Assembly (NCBI RefSeq): GCF_006345805.1
Contig: NC_043000.1
Location: forward strand, 151,776,001 to 151,840,000
Length of the DNA stretch: 64,000 nucleotides
Direction of reading: 5' to 3'
Source: Octopus sinensis
Lineage: Eukaryota
A program made the position numbers and the translations under genes. A model generated the notes under the pieces. The model did no database searches, was not told the DNA's origin, and was given only the letters and a program-made list of their open reading frames with translations. This document shows positions 1 through 12,760 of this stretch, piece by piece (position 1 is the first letter of the stretch; each line of letters starts with the position of its first letter).

Positions 1-120
1 GTTGGATAATGTCGAACCAAATACAATAAATCTGAGAAAAAATTTGGGATAGTCACGGCTGGAATGCCTTTGATCATTGTTTGCTCAATCAAAGTTAACC
101 TGGGGCTAAATAAACAGCTG
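1..120 (+). mobile_element. 3' part of dispersed SINE-like repeat (family D)
   Basis: Motif gctggaatgcctttgatcat...cctggggctaaa followed by a trinucleotide tail; related copies near 17590-17665, 18360-18480, 58870-58930 and 60830-60890. Confidence 0.5.
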
Positions 121-1391
121 CTGCTGCTGCTGCTGTTGTTGTTGTTGTTAAGCAACAAGATGGGTAAGGGTGATTAGGTGATGGTCTAGGGCTTAGGGGC
201 GGAAGAACCCAGACCTTGGAAAAAAAAAACTTTGGTCGTCTTGTTGTAGTCGAGGGCTCTTCGTTGACGCCCGACACCACTGGGAGGTGGCCCTCGAAGT
301 CGCTGGAAATGGAGATCTCCAGGTCCAAATTCTTGAACGGCTGCTGCTACTGCTGGGCAGCGGCAGCAACAACAACAACAACAACAACAACGGTAATTTC
401 TTATTGATATATACAAGGCCATAGATACAGCAATAGAGGAAAGTCTAAAATTGTACCAGAGAAATATAGAAATAATAATGACTCTTATATTGGCATATAT
501 TCTGGAGAGGAAACAATCAATTAAATCTACTTAACTAAAAGCAAAAAAGGAGGCGAGGGCCTAACTACCTACTTATCGTAAGGCGGTTTTTTCGTTGCTC
601 TGCTGATCATGCTAACCTTCACCCTCAAATGTAGAAATAACAACTCTCAAAGAAACAAGGTGACAAATGTATGACAAAGAATATAGTTTACAAAGCTGTC
701 CTCTCCCATGATTACACCCTCAGTACTATATAATCAAAGCTTAAAGAATCAAAACATACAATCAAAAAATTTATATTCTGATCCGTTAAACTTCTAACAA
801 GCTTACATTTTTCAAAATGACTAAAGAATTTCCACGGACTCTGCTAGAATAAATTATTGTTATAAGACTAAGCATCGTCTGTTGGAGAGTGCATCTGAAG
901 AAGCCTGGACAAAGCCATTCGATACAAGGAAAAAAACATAATCAAAACATTGTTTACTGAAAATTTATTAAATATTAATGAACTAAGTGCATAGTTATTA
1001 AAATGTCTGTTTATTCAGAAAAAAAAATACAAAGTTCCAATGTTGTAGAAATCAATGTTGGAAAATATGATTGATTCCCATACTGAACTCATGAATGTAT
1101 AAGTTATATATAAATATAAACAAAGTATGACCACCGATGCATCGGTTATCACTGAAAGTTATTGTAGTTTCAAAAAAAGAAATTTTCATAGTGTTAAATG
1201 TTGGTACATATTATTTGTCACAAAAAAATATCCTCCGCCATCTAGTTAACCATAAAATCAAAATTTACAACGTGGTAAGAGAGAATAAATGTCTTTCTGA
1301 AGTAAGACATCAATTCTTTCTCAAGATTTTGCCAGCATATCACATCCAGCAAACGGTATATTACAATCAATGCTTGTTGTTGTAGGTATCT

Positions 1392-1399
1392 TTATTTAC
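1392..1399 (-). CDS. Candidate terminal coding micro-exon of the VWA gene (S-K-stop)
   Basis: Pyrimidine tract + cag acceptor at 1402-1400, then GT AAA TAA; joins in phase 1 to the exon ending at 5900; minus-strand AATAAA motifs at ~965 and ~1010; no transcript evidence. Confidence 0.3.
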
Positions 1400-2250
1400 C
1401 TGATGAATGGAGGATGTATTTAAAAAAAATCAACAAAAAAACTTCCTGATAGGTCAGTAAGTACATAGTTAGGATGCTCACCTCTAATATGCAGTTACTC
1501 TCAATATTGCACGCACACATCACATGGCATTTGTCTCAACTTAATGAAACCCCATAATGACCCTATATACATCGATACAGCCATTTTGGTTAGTCATCCT
1601 CACAGAAATCGTCTTTCTTTCACTTTTATTTTTGTGAGATTTTGTAATATTTAAATCAAATTTCGTGAAAAATAAAGTGTATCAAAATTAAAATAAAATG
1701 TTATCTAGTAAAAGTATCGATTTGATAAAATATTTAAAAATGTAAGTTTTACATTTTCTGTCTTAAATTTGAAAATACTGATGATTTTTGCTTTTAAAAG
1801 TGACAAAATATCCGTGTTTCGCTTCTTAAGTGAAGTGTTATTTTAAAAAATTGATTTCATTTTAATTTTTCAAATGGTATCTAACCAATACGTCCAATGT
1901 TTTTTTTATTAATTATTTGTCGTGTTATTTAAATAATCTTGTTTTACTATTAAATATCTAAATAGCTGAGATGAGTTATCGTTGATACGAAAATAATCTT
2001 TCGTACTATTAACCTCAGTATGAACCTCATTTTTAGAGATGAGGTTAATAGTCAGAATAAATTATAATCGTATTTGTTTAATATTTTTTTTCAATTCAAA
2101 AAAGAATTTTAGAATACCGTCTTATTTTTTTTTCTCCTTTTTTTTTATATATATATATTTATAATTACTTACTCATGTACGCGATGTAGTCTGTACATGC
2201 ATTTCTAAACAATTCTCATACAAAAGATATTTAATCATCCAACATACACA

Positions 2251-2289
<39 letters not shown>

Positions 2290-2300
<11 letters not shown>

Positions 2301-2323
2301 AATATTTACACACACACAATGAC

Positions 2324-2354
<31 letters not shown>

Positions 2355-3094
2355 TATATACGAAAGTGAACGTGATTTCCTGGGGCTTCTTCGGTTGCTG
2401 GGTTTGTGGAATACCACATGAAAATTTTGTCCTCATGCAATGTATGATGTATGTAGGAATAGTCAGTTGCTGATGTCCGTTTTCGCAAATACAAATCAAT
2501 AATATATATATATATAAATATTTACACACACACAATGACTCACACACACACACACATTACATGTCATAAATATATTGGGGAATGCATGCTTTGTGTTAAG
2601 GCTATGATGGCTGCGTTTTCTATCACTATTAAGACATAACGGAGAAGACTTGTGATATATACACATATATAACTCAATTCACAATGATCAATGGAATCTG
2701 TAATGATAGGACAAAGAGACACTAAGCAATTATTCTGATGCTTTCTTTGAATTATGATGCAGTTATATCACCCCCAAAAGTAAACAATCCGAGAGTTTCC
2801 CGTTGTCACACACACACATACACACACACACACACTCATATATACGAAAGTGAACGTGATTTCCTGGGGCTTCTTCGGTTGCTGGGTTTGTGGAATACCA
2901 CATGAAAATTTTGTCCTCATGCAATACCACATGAAAATTTTGTCCTCATGCAATGTATGATGTATGTAGGAATAGTCAGTTGCTGATGTCCGTTTTCGCA
3001 AATACAAATCAATAATATATATATATATATATATATATAATATACATTACATATATATATATAATATACATTACATATATATATATATAATATA

Positions 3095-3132
<38 letters not shown>

Positions 3133-3203
3133 CTATGTCATTATATATATATATATATATATATCTATATATATATATATAAATATTTACACACACACAA
3201 TGA

Positions 3204-3236
<33 letters not shown>

Positions 3237-3758
3237 TACATGTCATAAATATATTGGGGAATGCATGCTTTGTGTTAAGGCTATGATGGCTGCGTTTTCT
3301 ATCACTATTAAGACATAACGGAGAAGACTTGTGATATATACACATATATAACTCAATTCACAATGATCAATGGAATCTGTAATGATAGGACAAAGAGACA
3401 CTAAGCAATTATTCTGATGCTTTCTTTGAATTATGATGCAGTTATATCACCCCCAAAAGTAAACAATCCGAGAGTTTCCCGTTGTCACACACACACATAC
3501 ACACACACACACACTCATATATACGAAAGTGAACGTGATTTCCTGGGGCTTCTTCGGTTGCTGGGTTTGTGGAATACCACATGAAAATTTTGTCCTCATG
3601 CAATACCACATGAAAATTTTGTCCTCATGCAATGTATGATGTATGTAGGAATAGTCAGTTGCTGATGTCCGTTTTCGCAAATACAAATCAATAATATATA
3701 TATATATATATATAATATACATTACATATATATATATAATGTACATACATATTATATA

Positions 3759-3801
<43 letters not shown>

Positions 3802-3808
3802 CTATGTC

Positions 3809-3848
<40 letters not shown>

Positions 3849-3860
3849 CATATTATTTTA
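2290..3860. repeat. Local tandem duplication, 679-bp offset, bounded by (TA)n/(CA)n tracts
   Basis: Block at ~2515-3020 recurs essentially identically at +679; a shorter third version at ~2300-2510. Confidence 0.9.
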
Positions 3861-4289
3861 TACATAAACGTGTTGCTTCATACATTCCCATGCACACAAA
3901 TGGATACCGACATCGTAATGCTTTACTTTCAATCATGTTAAGAGTGTCTGTCCATTCACTCAAATGTTCGTGCGTACGAACGCCCCCAACAGGTATTGTT
4001 TCGTTTGTAGAGAAAATAAAAATCGTCCAATTGTTCAATTAGGAAATATGATACCGGCCATGAAAGGATAGGTTTTGTTCCATTCTTTTCTCTTTCAAGC
4101 AAACTGGTCCGATTGTCCTTCACATCGACCAACAGAGACCATTATTCCACTTCGATCAAAGTTCACGTAATTCTACTAATAATGAATTCTTTGGATGTTT
4201 CTAGATTCATAGTTCTGAAATTAAAAAGAAAAGAAAATGTAAACATAAGTGTGTGTAGGTGTGCATGTATACAGAGAGGGAGATAAAGA

Positions 4290-4360
4290 AGGAGAGAGGG
4301 AAAGAGACAATGAGAGAGATAGGTGGGTAGAGAGAAAGAGAGAGAGAGAAAGAGAGAAGG

Positions 4361-4395
<35 letters not shown>
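4290..4395. repeat. (GA)n-rich microsatellite
   Basis: Direct inspection. Confidence 0.9.
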
Positions 4396-4396
<1 letters not shown>

Positions 4397-5036
4397 AGCT
4401 TTCGAACACTGCTGTGTTCGAGTGTAATTTTTATATTATTGCTATGTATTTTCTCATTAATTTTTTATATGTAGCTTAGATTGAAAAGACCATTTATAAT
4501 TCTAGACTTTCTCGGTCTCATCTTCTGTATGAAGTGGTTGTTAGTGGAGTTTCTTTTTATAATCGTGTTTTTTTTTTTATTGTAAGAGTAGTAGGACTGA
4601 TGCTGTTAGAAAAATTCCCCCATCGCTGGAATCGTATATTGTATTTTATCTGTAGAAGTCTCTATTACTAAGTAACTCGTTATAATATTGATTTCAAATT
4701 TTGGCACAGCTCCAGTAATTTTATGGGAGGGGGTAAGACGATTACATCGACCCTTGTGCTCAGCTAGTATTTATTTGGTCGAGCTCCGAAGGATGAGAAA
4801 CAAAGTCGATCTCTGCAGAAATTTACCTCAGAACATGAAGACGGTGTGCTAACAGTTCTACTGGCTTGCTGCCTTTATTACTCATTTTAATATTAAGAAG
4901 CGTTCGAATTCTGCCATGGTCAACTTTGCCATTCAATTTTGGGGTTGAGAGCACTGAGGTTGATGTAATCTACTTCGTCCCACCCACGAAATTTCAGGCC
5001 CTGAGCCAATATTTGAAACGAATATTATGAAGCGCC

Positions 5037-5250
5037 AAGGTGGCGAGCTGGCAGAATCATTAGCACGCCGGGCAAAATGCTTAGATGCTTAGCGACATTT
5101 CGTCTGTCTTCATGTTCTGAGTTCAAATGCTATCGAGGTCGACTTTGCTTTTTATCCTTTCAGGGTCGATAAAATAAGTACCAGTTGAACACTAAGATCG
5201 ATACAATCGACTCAATCTCTTCCCCAAAATTTGAAATCAATATCAAGAAG
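5037..5250 (+). mobile_element. tRNA-derived SINE, family A
   Basis: Head ggcgagctggcagaatc, B-box-like gagttcaaat, shared body gaggtcgactttgc...gtcgataaaataagtaccag. Confidence 0.85.
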
Positions 5251-5357
5251 TGCTAAATATCAATACTGAGTACCCTCTTTTCTTCCTCTTTGTACACATA
5301 CAAATATCCAGTGTAATTTTCTATCATTTACATTGTTATTTCTGCGTTTATAACAAT

Positions 5358-5766
5358 ACTCTTTTACTCTTATACTTGTTTCAGTCATTTGACTGCGGCC
5401 ATTTGACTACCACCTTTAATCGAGCAACTCGACCCCGGGACTTATTCTTTTGTAAGCCCAGTACTTATTTTATCGGTCTCTTTTGCCGAACCGCTAAGTA
5501 ACGGGGACATAAACACACCAGCATCGGTTGTCAAGCAATGCTAGGGGGACAAATACAGACACACAAACACACACACGTATATATATATATATACATACAT
5601 ATATACGACGGGCTTCTTTCAGTTTCCGTCTACTAAATCCACTCACAAGGCTTTTGTTGGCCCGAGGCTATAGTAGAAGACACTTGGCCAAGGTGCCACG
5701 CAGTGGGACTGAACTCGGAACCATGTGGTTGGTAAGCAAGCTACTTACCACACAGCCACTCCTGCG
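5358..5766 (-). mobile_element. tRNA-derived SINE, family B (CORE-like body, internal microsatellite)
   Basis: A-box TGGCTGTGTGG, B-box-like segment, body ccttggccaagtgtcttc, (AGTAAAAG)n-type tail; flanking duplication ctgcgtttataacaat at 5342-5357 and 5762-5777. Confidence 0.92.
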
Positions 5767-5899
5767 TTTATAACAATGATGATTTTATGTACACTACCGT
5801 AAATGCTGTGAACTAGAGTTCGACTCGTTGGAATGCTATAATAAACAATATTAGTGTTTACAAAATACGATATCAAATGAAGGAAATCAGACAACTTAC

Positions 5900-6454
5900 T
5901 TTCACAAATAAGATTGACGAAGTTTGCCACGGAGTCGTTTAATTCAGAATAACTTGGGACTCTGATAGTATGTTCTTTGACTTTTCTAGATGCTAGTCTG
6001 GACATTTCTTTCTCTAAATATTCATTGCCAATGGTAACCACGAATATCTCGATATCCGATAATTTCATTTTCATTGCTTCTAAAAGTACTTTTTTGGCGT
6101 CTATCAGTGGACTGTCCACAAAAAGGATGACAAGTTTTCGCGCTTCCGTTCGAGCGCCATTGTTCTTGCTAAATCCTACTCGGTGAACTCGTCTCAGAGT
6201 GTGTATCCTTGATTTGTCTTTGGTTACTTTTAGTTCTTTAATGAAACTATATTTGTCATTATGATCGTTCAGGTAAATATCTTCGGAGTCCGGACAATCT
6301 GTGAAGACACCGATTCGAACGGGATTATTAGGGCCCATGTCTAACAAATCTGCTGTCCTTGCAATGAAATCTTTAATCAGTTGAATTCGTGATGGCGCCA
6401 TGACAAGTCTGTCTAATAAAAAGATCATGTCCGCTTGTCCAGATGCTCCACATC
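5900..6454 (-). CDS. VWA domain exon with degenerate MIDAS; collagen VI/matrilin-like VWA protein
   Basis: Acceptor ttctgcag at 6455, donor gtaagt at 5899, 555 bp, phase 1/1; CGASGQADMIFLLD...VRIGVF...LVILFVD...IEIFVVTIG...LICE follows the VWA fold pattern. Confidence 0.9.
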
Positions 6455-6517
6455 CTGCAGAAGAAGAAGAAAAAAAAGCATTAAATAACGTTTTTTTTTT
6501 ACTTTATTTATTTATTT

Positions 6518-7047
6518 GGATGTTTTCGGTTTGAACGGCAGTTTTTAACATAATTTCTATGAGTGTCACATATTTTGTTTATACTTTCACAAAACCTATG
6601 TATAAACATAGTCATTAATGTTGACTGCGTACATGAAATGAAATTACTGCGAATGTAGACACAAATTTATTTGAAGAAAAAAAAATTTAAACTTTATATA
6701 CTGGTAGAATGTGTTTATAAAACATCTTTTTCTCTTGGCTTTATTGAGAAAATTCTATAGTTTGTAAGATATTTGTTGTTTTCTTCTTCAATTTCTGCAA
6801 TTTCAACCAATCAATGACGTCCGTTGAGGTAAAAAAAAACATTCTGTGCCGCATGAATATGTCCCTCGTTTAAGAAACAGATTGGGTTTATTTACATTTC
6901 TGAAGAAAAAAAGGTACCCTTCCCCCCACCCTAACCCTAACCCTAAAACAGATTGAAATGCAACAGATCGATACTATGGTCATAATTATGGGTGACAATT
7001 TCATATGACACCGCTAGAAAAAACTGCCGTTCAAACCGAAAAGATCC
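6518..7047. mobile_element. Non-autonomous TIR element with 8-bp TSD and internal (CCCTAA)3
   Basis: 29-bp TIR GGAT(G/C)TTTTCGGTTTGAACGGCAGTTTTT, TSD ATTTATTT on both sides; related to 34366-35096. Confidence 0.9.
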
Positions 7048-7213
7048 ATTTATTTGTTTTTATTAGGAAAGCAATGAGTGTCACATATTTTGTTTATACT
7101 TTCACAAAGCCTATGTATAAATATAATCATTTGTGACAATCATACCTTTGGCAAGGTCGTTGATGACATTAAGTTAAGTGAAATGCCAATGACTGGGACC
7201 AAAATGGAATGTA

Positions 7214-7430
7214 CGAGCGGGTGCCGAAAAGTTTCTGAATTTGGGTAAAAGAAAATTCAGGAGGATCAGTTAATTATGATTTTACTCAACATATACCCCT
7301 CTCATATTCACACACTTATTGCAGGGGTCCTTCAGTTTTTCTAAGCCCTGTTAAAGAACTAGGAAGGTTGGGCCTCCAGCCAGGCCCTTCGCGACACCCT
7401 TAAAGCCCAGAACTTTTCAGCACCCCCTCG
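7214..7430. mobile_element. Tc1/mariner-type MITE
   Basis: TIRs CGAG(C/G)GGGTGC(C/T)GAAAAGTT, TA on both sides. Confidence 0.85.
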
Positions 7431-8079
7431 TAGTGTCGTCCAATCGATAGGTTACCCCTACTCAACAGCACTCGCTACATTAATGTTGATTGCGCACATG
7501 AAATGAAATTACTGCGAATGTTGACACAAATTTATTTGAAGAAACTAAGAATTGATTTTTTTTTTTTTTGCAATTTTGGAATGTGTTAAGTGTAACAAAA
7601 ACGTTTGAATATTGTGAATTTTCTGTTATTCAATTTTTGGCAAAATCTAAAGATGTCAACTGGCAAAAATAGAGTTAGTAACCACGTCGACTGCAAAGTA
7701 GGCTAGTAATACAAAGCAGAAAACAGATGGCAGAAGGACACACCACATGGTTTGAAAATGAAAGAGATTAAAAAATATGAGAAACGTTCGCACATATTGA
7801 CAAAAACTGCAGCTGTTCAAAAACTACAGAGAACAGAAAAACAGTGCCAGCTTCACCCTCGAAGAAATGCAGAAATTTTCAAAGGATAAAAATTTGAAAA
7901 TAGAAAAATATTTTGGTTTTGGGGGTTGAAAATACGAGTGATAGTTGTACAATACAAATACTTACATTGACAAGATACCAACTAGGAACCCTAACCAGAG
8001 AACATATAAAACGGTATTGGAAGGGTACAAATTTTTTTACCTGTAAAATACACATATATCAACACAGGTGATAATTTCT

Positions 8080-8700
8080 TTTATAGGTAGAAGCTGATAA
8101 ATTTTTGATGGGTAGTAGTTAGTCGGTTAAATGAGCACTAATCCTTGATTGGTACTTTATTTATTTAGATTGACAAGATACTAACTATAAATTATAGACT
8201 CGGAAATATGAAAGAGAAAGCTGACCTCGGCGGAATTTGAGTCGTAACGAAATACCGCAAAACACTTTATTCCTCGCACTAACGATTCTGCTAATTAAAC
8301 GCCCTTAATAACAATTGTTTCTAATAAAAGCACAGGGGCTGATATTTGGAGGGAGGAATTTGTCAATTACACCAACCCTAGTGCATGACTTGTACATTAT
8401 TTTATCAACCGAAGAAGTATGAAAGGCGAAGTTCACCTAAGCGAAATTTGAAGCATTTTGTCCGACACTGATGATTCTGTCAATTAATTACCTAAATAGT
8501 AATTATTACTAATATAAGAACAAAAGCCAGAAATTTAGGGGAGGGAGTTAGTCAATAAAATAGAACCCAATATTTGGCCTGGTAAAATGAATGGAAACTT
8601 TGAACTCGGGTGGATTCGAACTCAATATGTTGAAGGACCTATCTAAATGTCCAATAATATAACGCTTCAGCCAATTCACTGCCTAAATATCAATAAAGAT
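8080..8700 (-). mobile_element. Cluster of decayed family A SINE copies
   Basis: Repeated fragments gacctcggcggaatttga, ctaacgattctg, gcattttgtccg. Confidence 0.6.
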
Positions 8701-9449
8701 GATTACGATGAACAATGCCAAAATGTATCTTGATGTCATCATTAAGGCAGTTTACCGTTCTTAGACAACCTTAAACCCCAAGGTTATCATTGCAGCAGCT
8801 TCAGGCTGACTATCAAACAAGATAAGGAGATTTGCAAGATTTGCAAGCCATAGGATTCTGATGCTGTGAACGTCCATTAAAAGAGCTGGGTCTTTCAAGT
8901 AACCTTGAACTGAACAGTAATTATCACTTTATTAACAATCATTATCATACGAGAATCCAGAAGCAAACTCGCGTGCTCTTACAGTAGGGTCCCATATCTA
9001 ATATAGTGAGTAAAAAAACTTCGATCAATAGGGATTATTTAAGCAATCAATAAACAAAGTTCTCTCCAGGGGTATTTCGAATCTAAAAGTAACAAGCGCA
9101 TCCGGACTTCCACTAGCTGGTCTTAGAGATCCGATCCACTCCAAATTACGTCGTCTATATTGTCAAAGATATTCAATCAACTGAGAATTGTATCCCTTGC
9201 TGTAACTATGATTTTAGAAGTTCAGGGAGATATATTTTGTCTATTACTTGAACGATCACTGCTGAGCGAGATTTTTCCAACTCGCTATATCACATATATA
9301 AGATCATACCGTATCCCTCGGATTCTTTTGCCGAAACGCTAGTTTACAGAGACGTAGATAAACCACTAGAAGCAGCAGCTAAGCGGTGGTTAGGGGGAAA
9401 CATACAGACGCATGTATGTATACACACACACACATGCATATATATACGT

Positions 9450-9452
<3 letters not shown>

Positions 9453-9522
<70 letters not shown>
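9453..9522. repeat. (TA)n microsatellite
   Basis: Direct inspection. Confidence 0.95.
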
Positions 9523-9524
9523 CG

Positions 9525-11728
9525 TCACAAATAATATGGATCTCATCCATAATGTGAAAGTGACACCGACGCTACTCTCGGATCACAACATGGTAGAGCT
9601 GACCATGTACGGGCCAAAGGAAATCATGGACATGCAGCCTACAAGAAACTCTCAGAATCTTTCCAGCTTGAACTTCCATAAGGCAAACTGGAAACAAATT
9701 GAGAAAGAGATCCTCAAACAAAACTGGTCTAAATGTCTCTCCTCACCGGACATCGGCATGAAACTTCAACAATTCATGTCTGTAATGCAAGCCATATGCT
9801 ACAAATGTGTCCCAGAGAGTAAGGCCACTGTACACAAGAGCAAAAGTTTTATGAGACGGCGTACAAAAGTTTCAAATCGCCTAAACAAACAAATTGAAAG
9901 CAGTGAAAAGTCCCACCTGAAAATAAAACTGCTGGAAATTGAAAAAAGTCTGCAACTCTCCCATGAAAAAGAAAGAGCAGACAAAGAAGCCTAGGCTATA
10001 GATAATATAACATCTAACCCCAGAGCTTTCTACAAGTTTGCCAAAGAAACAGTTTCGGTGCACTGCAGGATAGGGCCACTCCTCGAAAAAAATGGTACAC
10101 TCACAGGAAATCCAATGAGTATAAGTGAAATACTAAATGAGCAATTCAAAAGTATTTTCACTCCACTCCAAGAGCACTTTCAAGTCAGCAATCCAACTGA
10201 CTTCTTTACCACTGCAGATATAAAAACAGAGGCAATGACGATTGATTACATCAATATAAAGGAAGACGATGTAATAAGGGCTATAGATGAAATGAACCTA
10301 AGCTCAGCTACTGGCCCTGATGGATTCCCAGCAATCTTTCTAAAAGTATGTAAGCGAGTCCTAGCAAGACCATTGCAGTCCCTCTTTCAGAGCTTCCTTG
10401 CAACTGGCAAACGTCCAAGAAAACTGAAGGAGGGTAAAATATGCCCTATTCATAAAGGAGGTAGCAGAGCGGAGGCCAAGAACTATAGACCTATCTCTCT
10501 GACCTCATACATCAGCAAGGTTATGGAACGAATAGTCAGAAGAAAACTAATCGCCTTCCTTGAAGAAAATGACTTGCTGCCTGACACCCAACATGGTTTC
10601 CGACCAGGAAGAAGCTGCCTAACTCAGCTCTTACAACACTATGACTGGGTGTTGAAACAACTGCTCAACCTCTCAAATGCGGAAGTGATATATTTCGACT
10701 TTGCAAAGGCTTTGATAAAGTCGATCATGGAATGATATGTCACAAACTGCGTGATCTTGGCATAGTTGGAAAATTGGAAGAATGGCTTCATGACTTTCTG
10801 AAGAATAGAAGTCAGGTGGTAGTAGCCAATGGGGCTACCTCCAATGACACGCAAATAGTGAGCCGTGTTCTGCAAGGCACTGTTTTGGGACCACTATTGT
10901 TCATAATGGCCCTCTCAGACATGCCCTCAGCCACACAGAGAGCCACGATCACAAGTTATGCAGATGATTCAAGCTTTGTGCTATCAGCATGCAAAACTAA
11001 ATGCAATACCCAATAAATACACTGGACCTGGAGGGATTGCAATCCCAGTGGCACAATCAGTGCGAGACCTGGGCATTTACATGAGTAATGATGCAACCTT
11101 TCATGTGCATGTTGCTAAATTGGCAATGAAATGTAGGCGGCTGACCGGATGGATTCTTAGAACTTTTAGAACAAGAGACCAGGAAATCATGATGGTCCTC
11201 TGGAGGACACTTGTCTTAAGCCACTTTGACTATTGCTCTCAGCTATGGTCACCAACCAGTGTCAAATTAATCTCAGAACTTGAGGCAATCCAACGAAGCT
11301 ATACGAAGAAGATAGCCTCTGTGCAGCATATAAGCTACTGGGAAAGACTCAAGAGATTAAGACTCTATTCCTTAGAGCGTAGTCGAGAAAGGTATGCCAT
11401 AATATACATCTGGAAGATCCTGAAAGGACTTGTCCCAAACTTTGGAATCGAGAGTTTCACAAATACTACAACTGGGCGCCACTGCATAGTGCCAAGGTTT
11501 CCAAATTTGCCATCAAGATGTAGGACAAGATACTGTGATAGTCTGGGCTTCAGAGGTCCAAAGCTCTTCAATATCCTCCCGAAGGACCTGAGAGACCTGC
11601 ATGGGGTGGATGTAGGTGTCTTCAAAATAAAGCTGGACCTCTTTCTGTCAGGTGTCCCAGAGGAACCAGCTTCACGACAGGAGGTGCAGATGAGGGCAGC
11701 TGCATCAAACTCTCATACACCAAACTAA
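9525..11728 (+). mobile_element. 5'-truncated CR1/L2-type LINE ORF2 pseudogene (endonuclease C-terminus + reverse transcriptase)
   Basis: SDH endonuclease motif, TGPDGF, NYRPISLTS, QHGFRPGRSC, DFAKA, QGTVLGPLLF, YADD, CR1-like C-terminus; one in-frame TAG (9992-9994), a frameshift near 10712 and an apparent deletion after YADD. Confidence 0.93.
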
Positions 11729-12305
11729 GATTCACATACGTCAAGTTATAATATAAAAAATGTTACTTTGTGGGATGTCTTCTAGTTTCTTTCTGCTAAA
11801 TCCAATCGCAAAGCTTTGTACGATAGTAGTACCATAGTACCATATTAGATGGCACTTGCCCAAGTTGCTGCTCAGTGGGAATGAACCTAAGACCACATAG
11901 TTGGGACTATTCCACAGGGCGTCGTATAACATGTTTTGCAATATTTGTTCCAGCATTTTATGTTATTGATTTCAAAATCCGCCGAGGTCAATTTTGTCTC
12001 TCATCCTTCCGCGATCAGTAAAATAAAGTCCCAGTCAAGTACTGAGATCGCTCAACCAAAATTTTTAGCGTTGTGTATATTTTAGAAACGATTATTTAGG
12101 GTGATGGTGGATTGTCAGAGTCGCTGAAACGTTTATAAAACATGCTTTACAGTATTTAGTTTCGGAGTTTTGCGTTCTAGGCTCAAATTCCTATGGTCAA
12201 GTTTACCTCTTTCATACCCTTCTGGAATCGATAAAATAAAGTGCAAACCAAATACTTTGATCAGTGGTATCATGTAACTCTTTCTATAGAAATTTCAGTT
12301 CTTTA

Positions 12306-12538
12306 AGGCGGGCAATCTGGCAGAGACGTTAGCACGCCGGGCAAAATGCTTAGCAGTATTTCGTCTGCCGTTACGTTCTGAGTTCAAATTCCGCCGAGGT
12401 CGACTCTGCCTTTCATCCTTTCGGTGTCGATAAATTAAGTACCAGTTACGCACTGGGGTCAGTGTAATCGACTTAATCCGTTTGTCTGTCCTTGTTTGTC
12501 CCCTCTATGTTTAGCCCCTTGTGGGCAATAAAGAAATA
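12306..12538 (+). mobile_element. SINE family A, full length
   Basis: Complete head, body and tail ending aaagaaata; 16-bp TSD agaaatttcagttctt (12288-12303, 12539-12554). Confidence 0.95.
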
Positions 12539-12559
12539 AGAAATTTCAGTTCTTGTGCC

Positions 12560-12760
12560 TAGATTAGAGAATTATTGTTAAATCTGAGCGGTCACAAAAC
12601 AACACTCCGTCGGTTACGAAGACGAGCGTTCCAGTTGATCCGATTAACGGTGCAACCTGCTCGTAAAATTAACGAACAAGTGGCTGAGCACTCCACAAAC
12701 ACGCGTATCTTTAACATAATTCTAGGGGAGATTCTGCGTGGCATAGAACGGGACAAGACT
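12560..12760 (-). mobile_element. 3' segment of a SINE shared with 55080-55215
   Basis: Reverse complement aligns by eye to gaatctccc...ttaatttcacgagcagg...aaccgacgga at 55.1-55.2 kb. Confidence 0.7.

Noticed and set aside
5528-5773. Recurring ORF peptide RASFSFRLPNPLTRLWSARGYSRRHL seen at many loci
   Set aside because: It is the antisense translation of SINE family B, not a gene family.
5745-5899. ORF extension past the VWA exon (SKLSDFLHLISY...)
   Set aside because: A canonical gtaagt donor at 5899 ends the exon; the extension runs into intron and SINE sequence.
6929-6946. Telomere or chromosome-end signal
   Set aside because: Only three CCCTAA units, inside a TIR element; interstitial.
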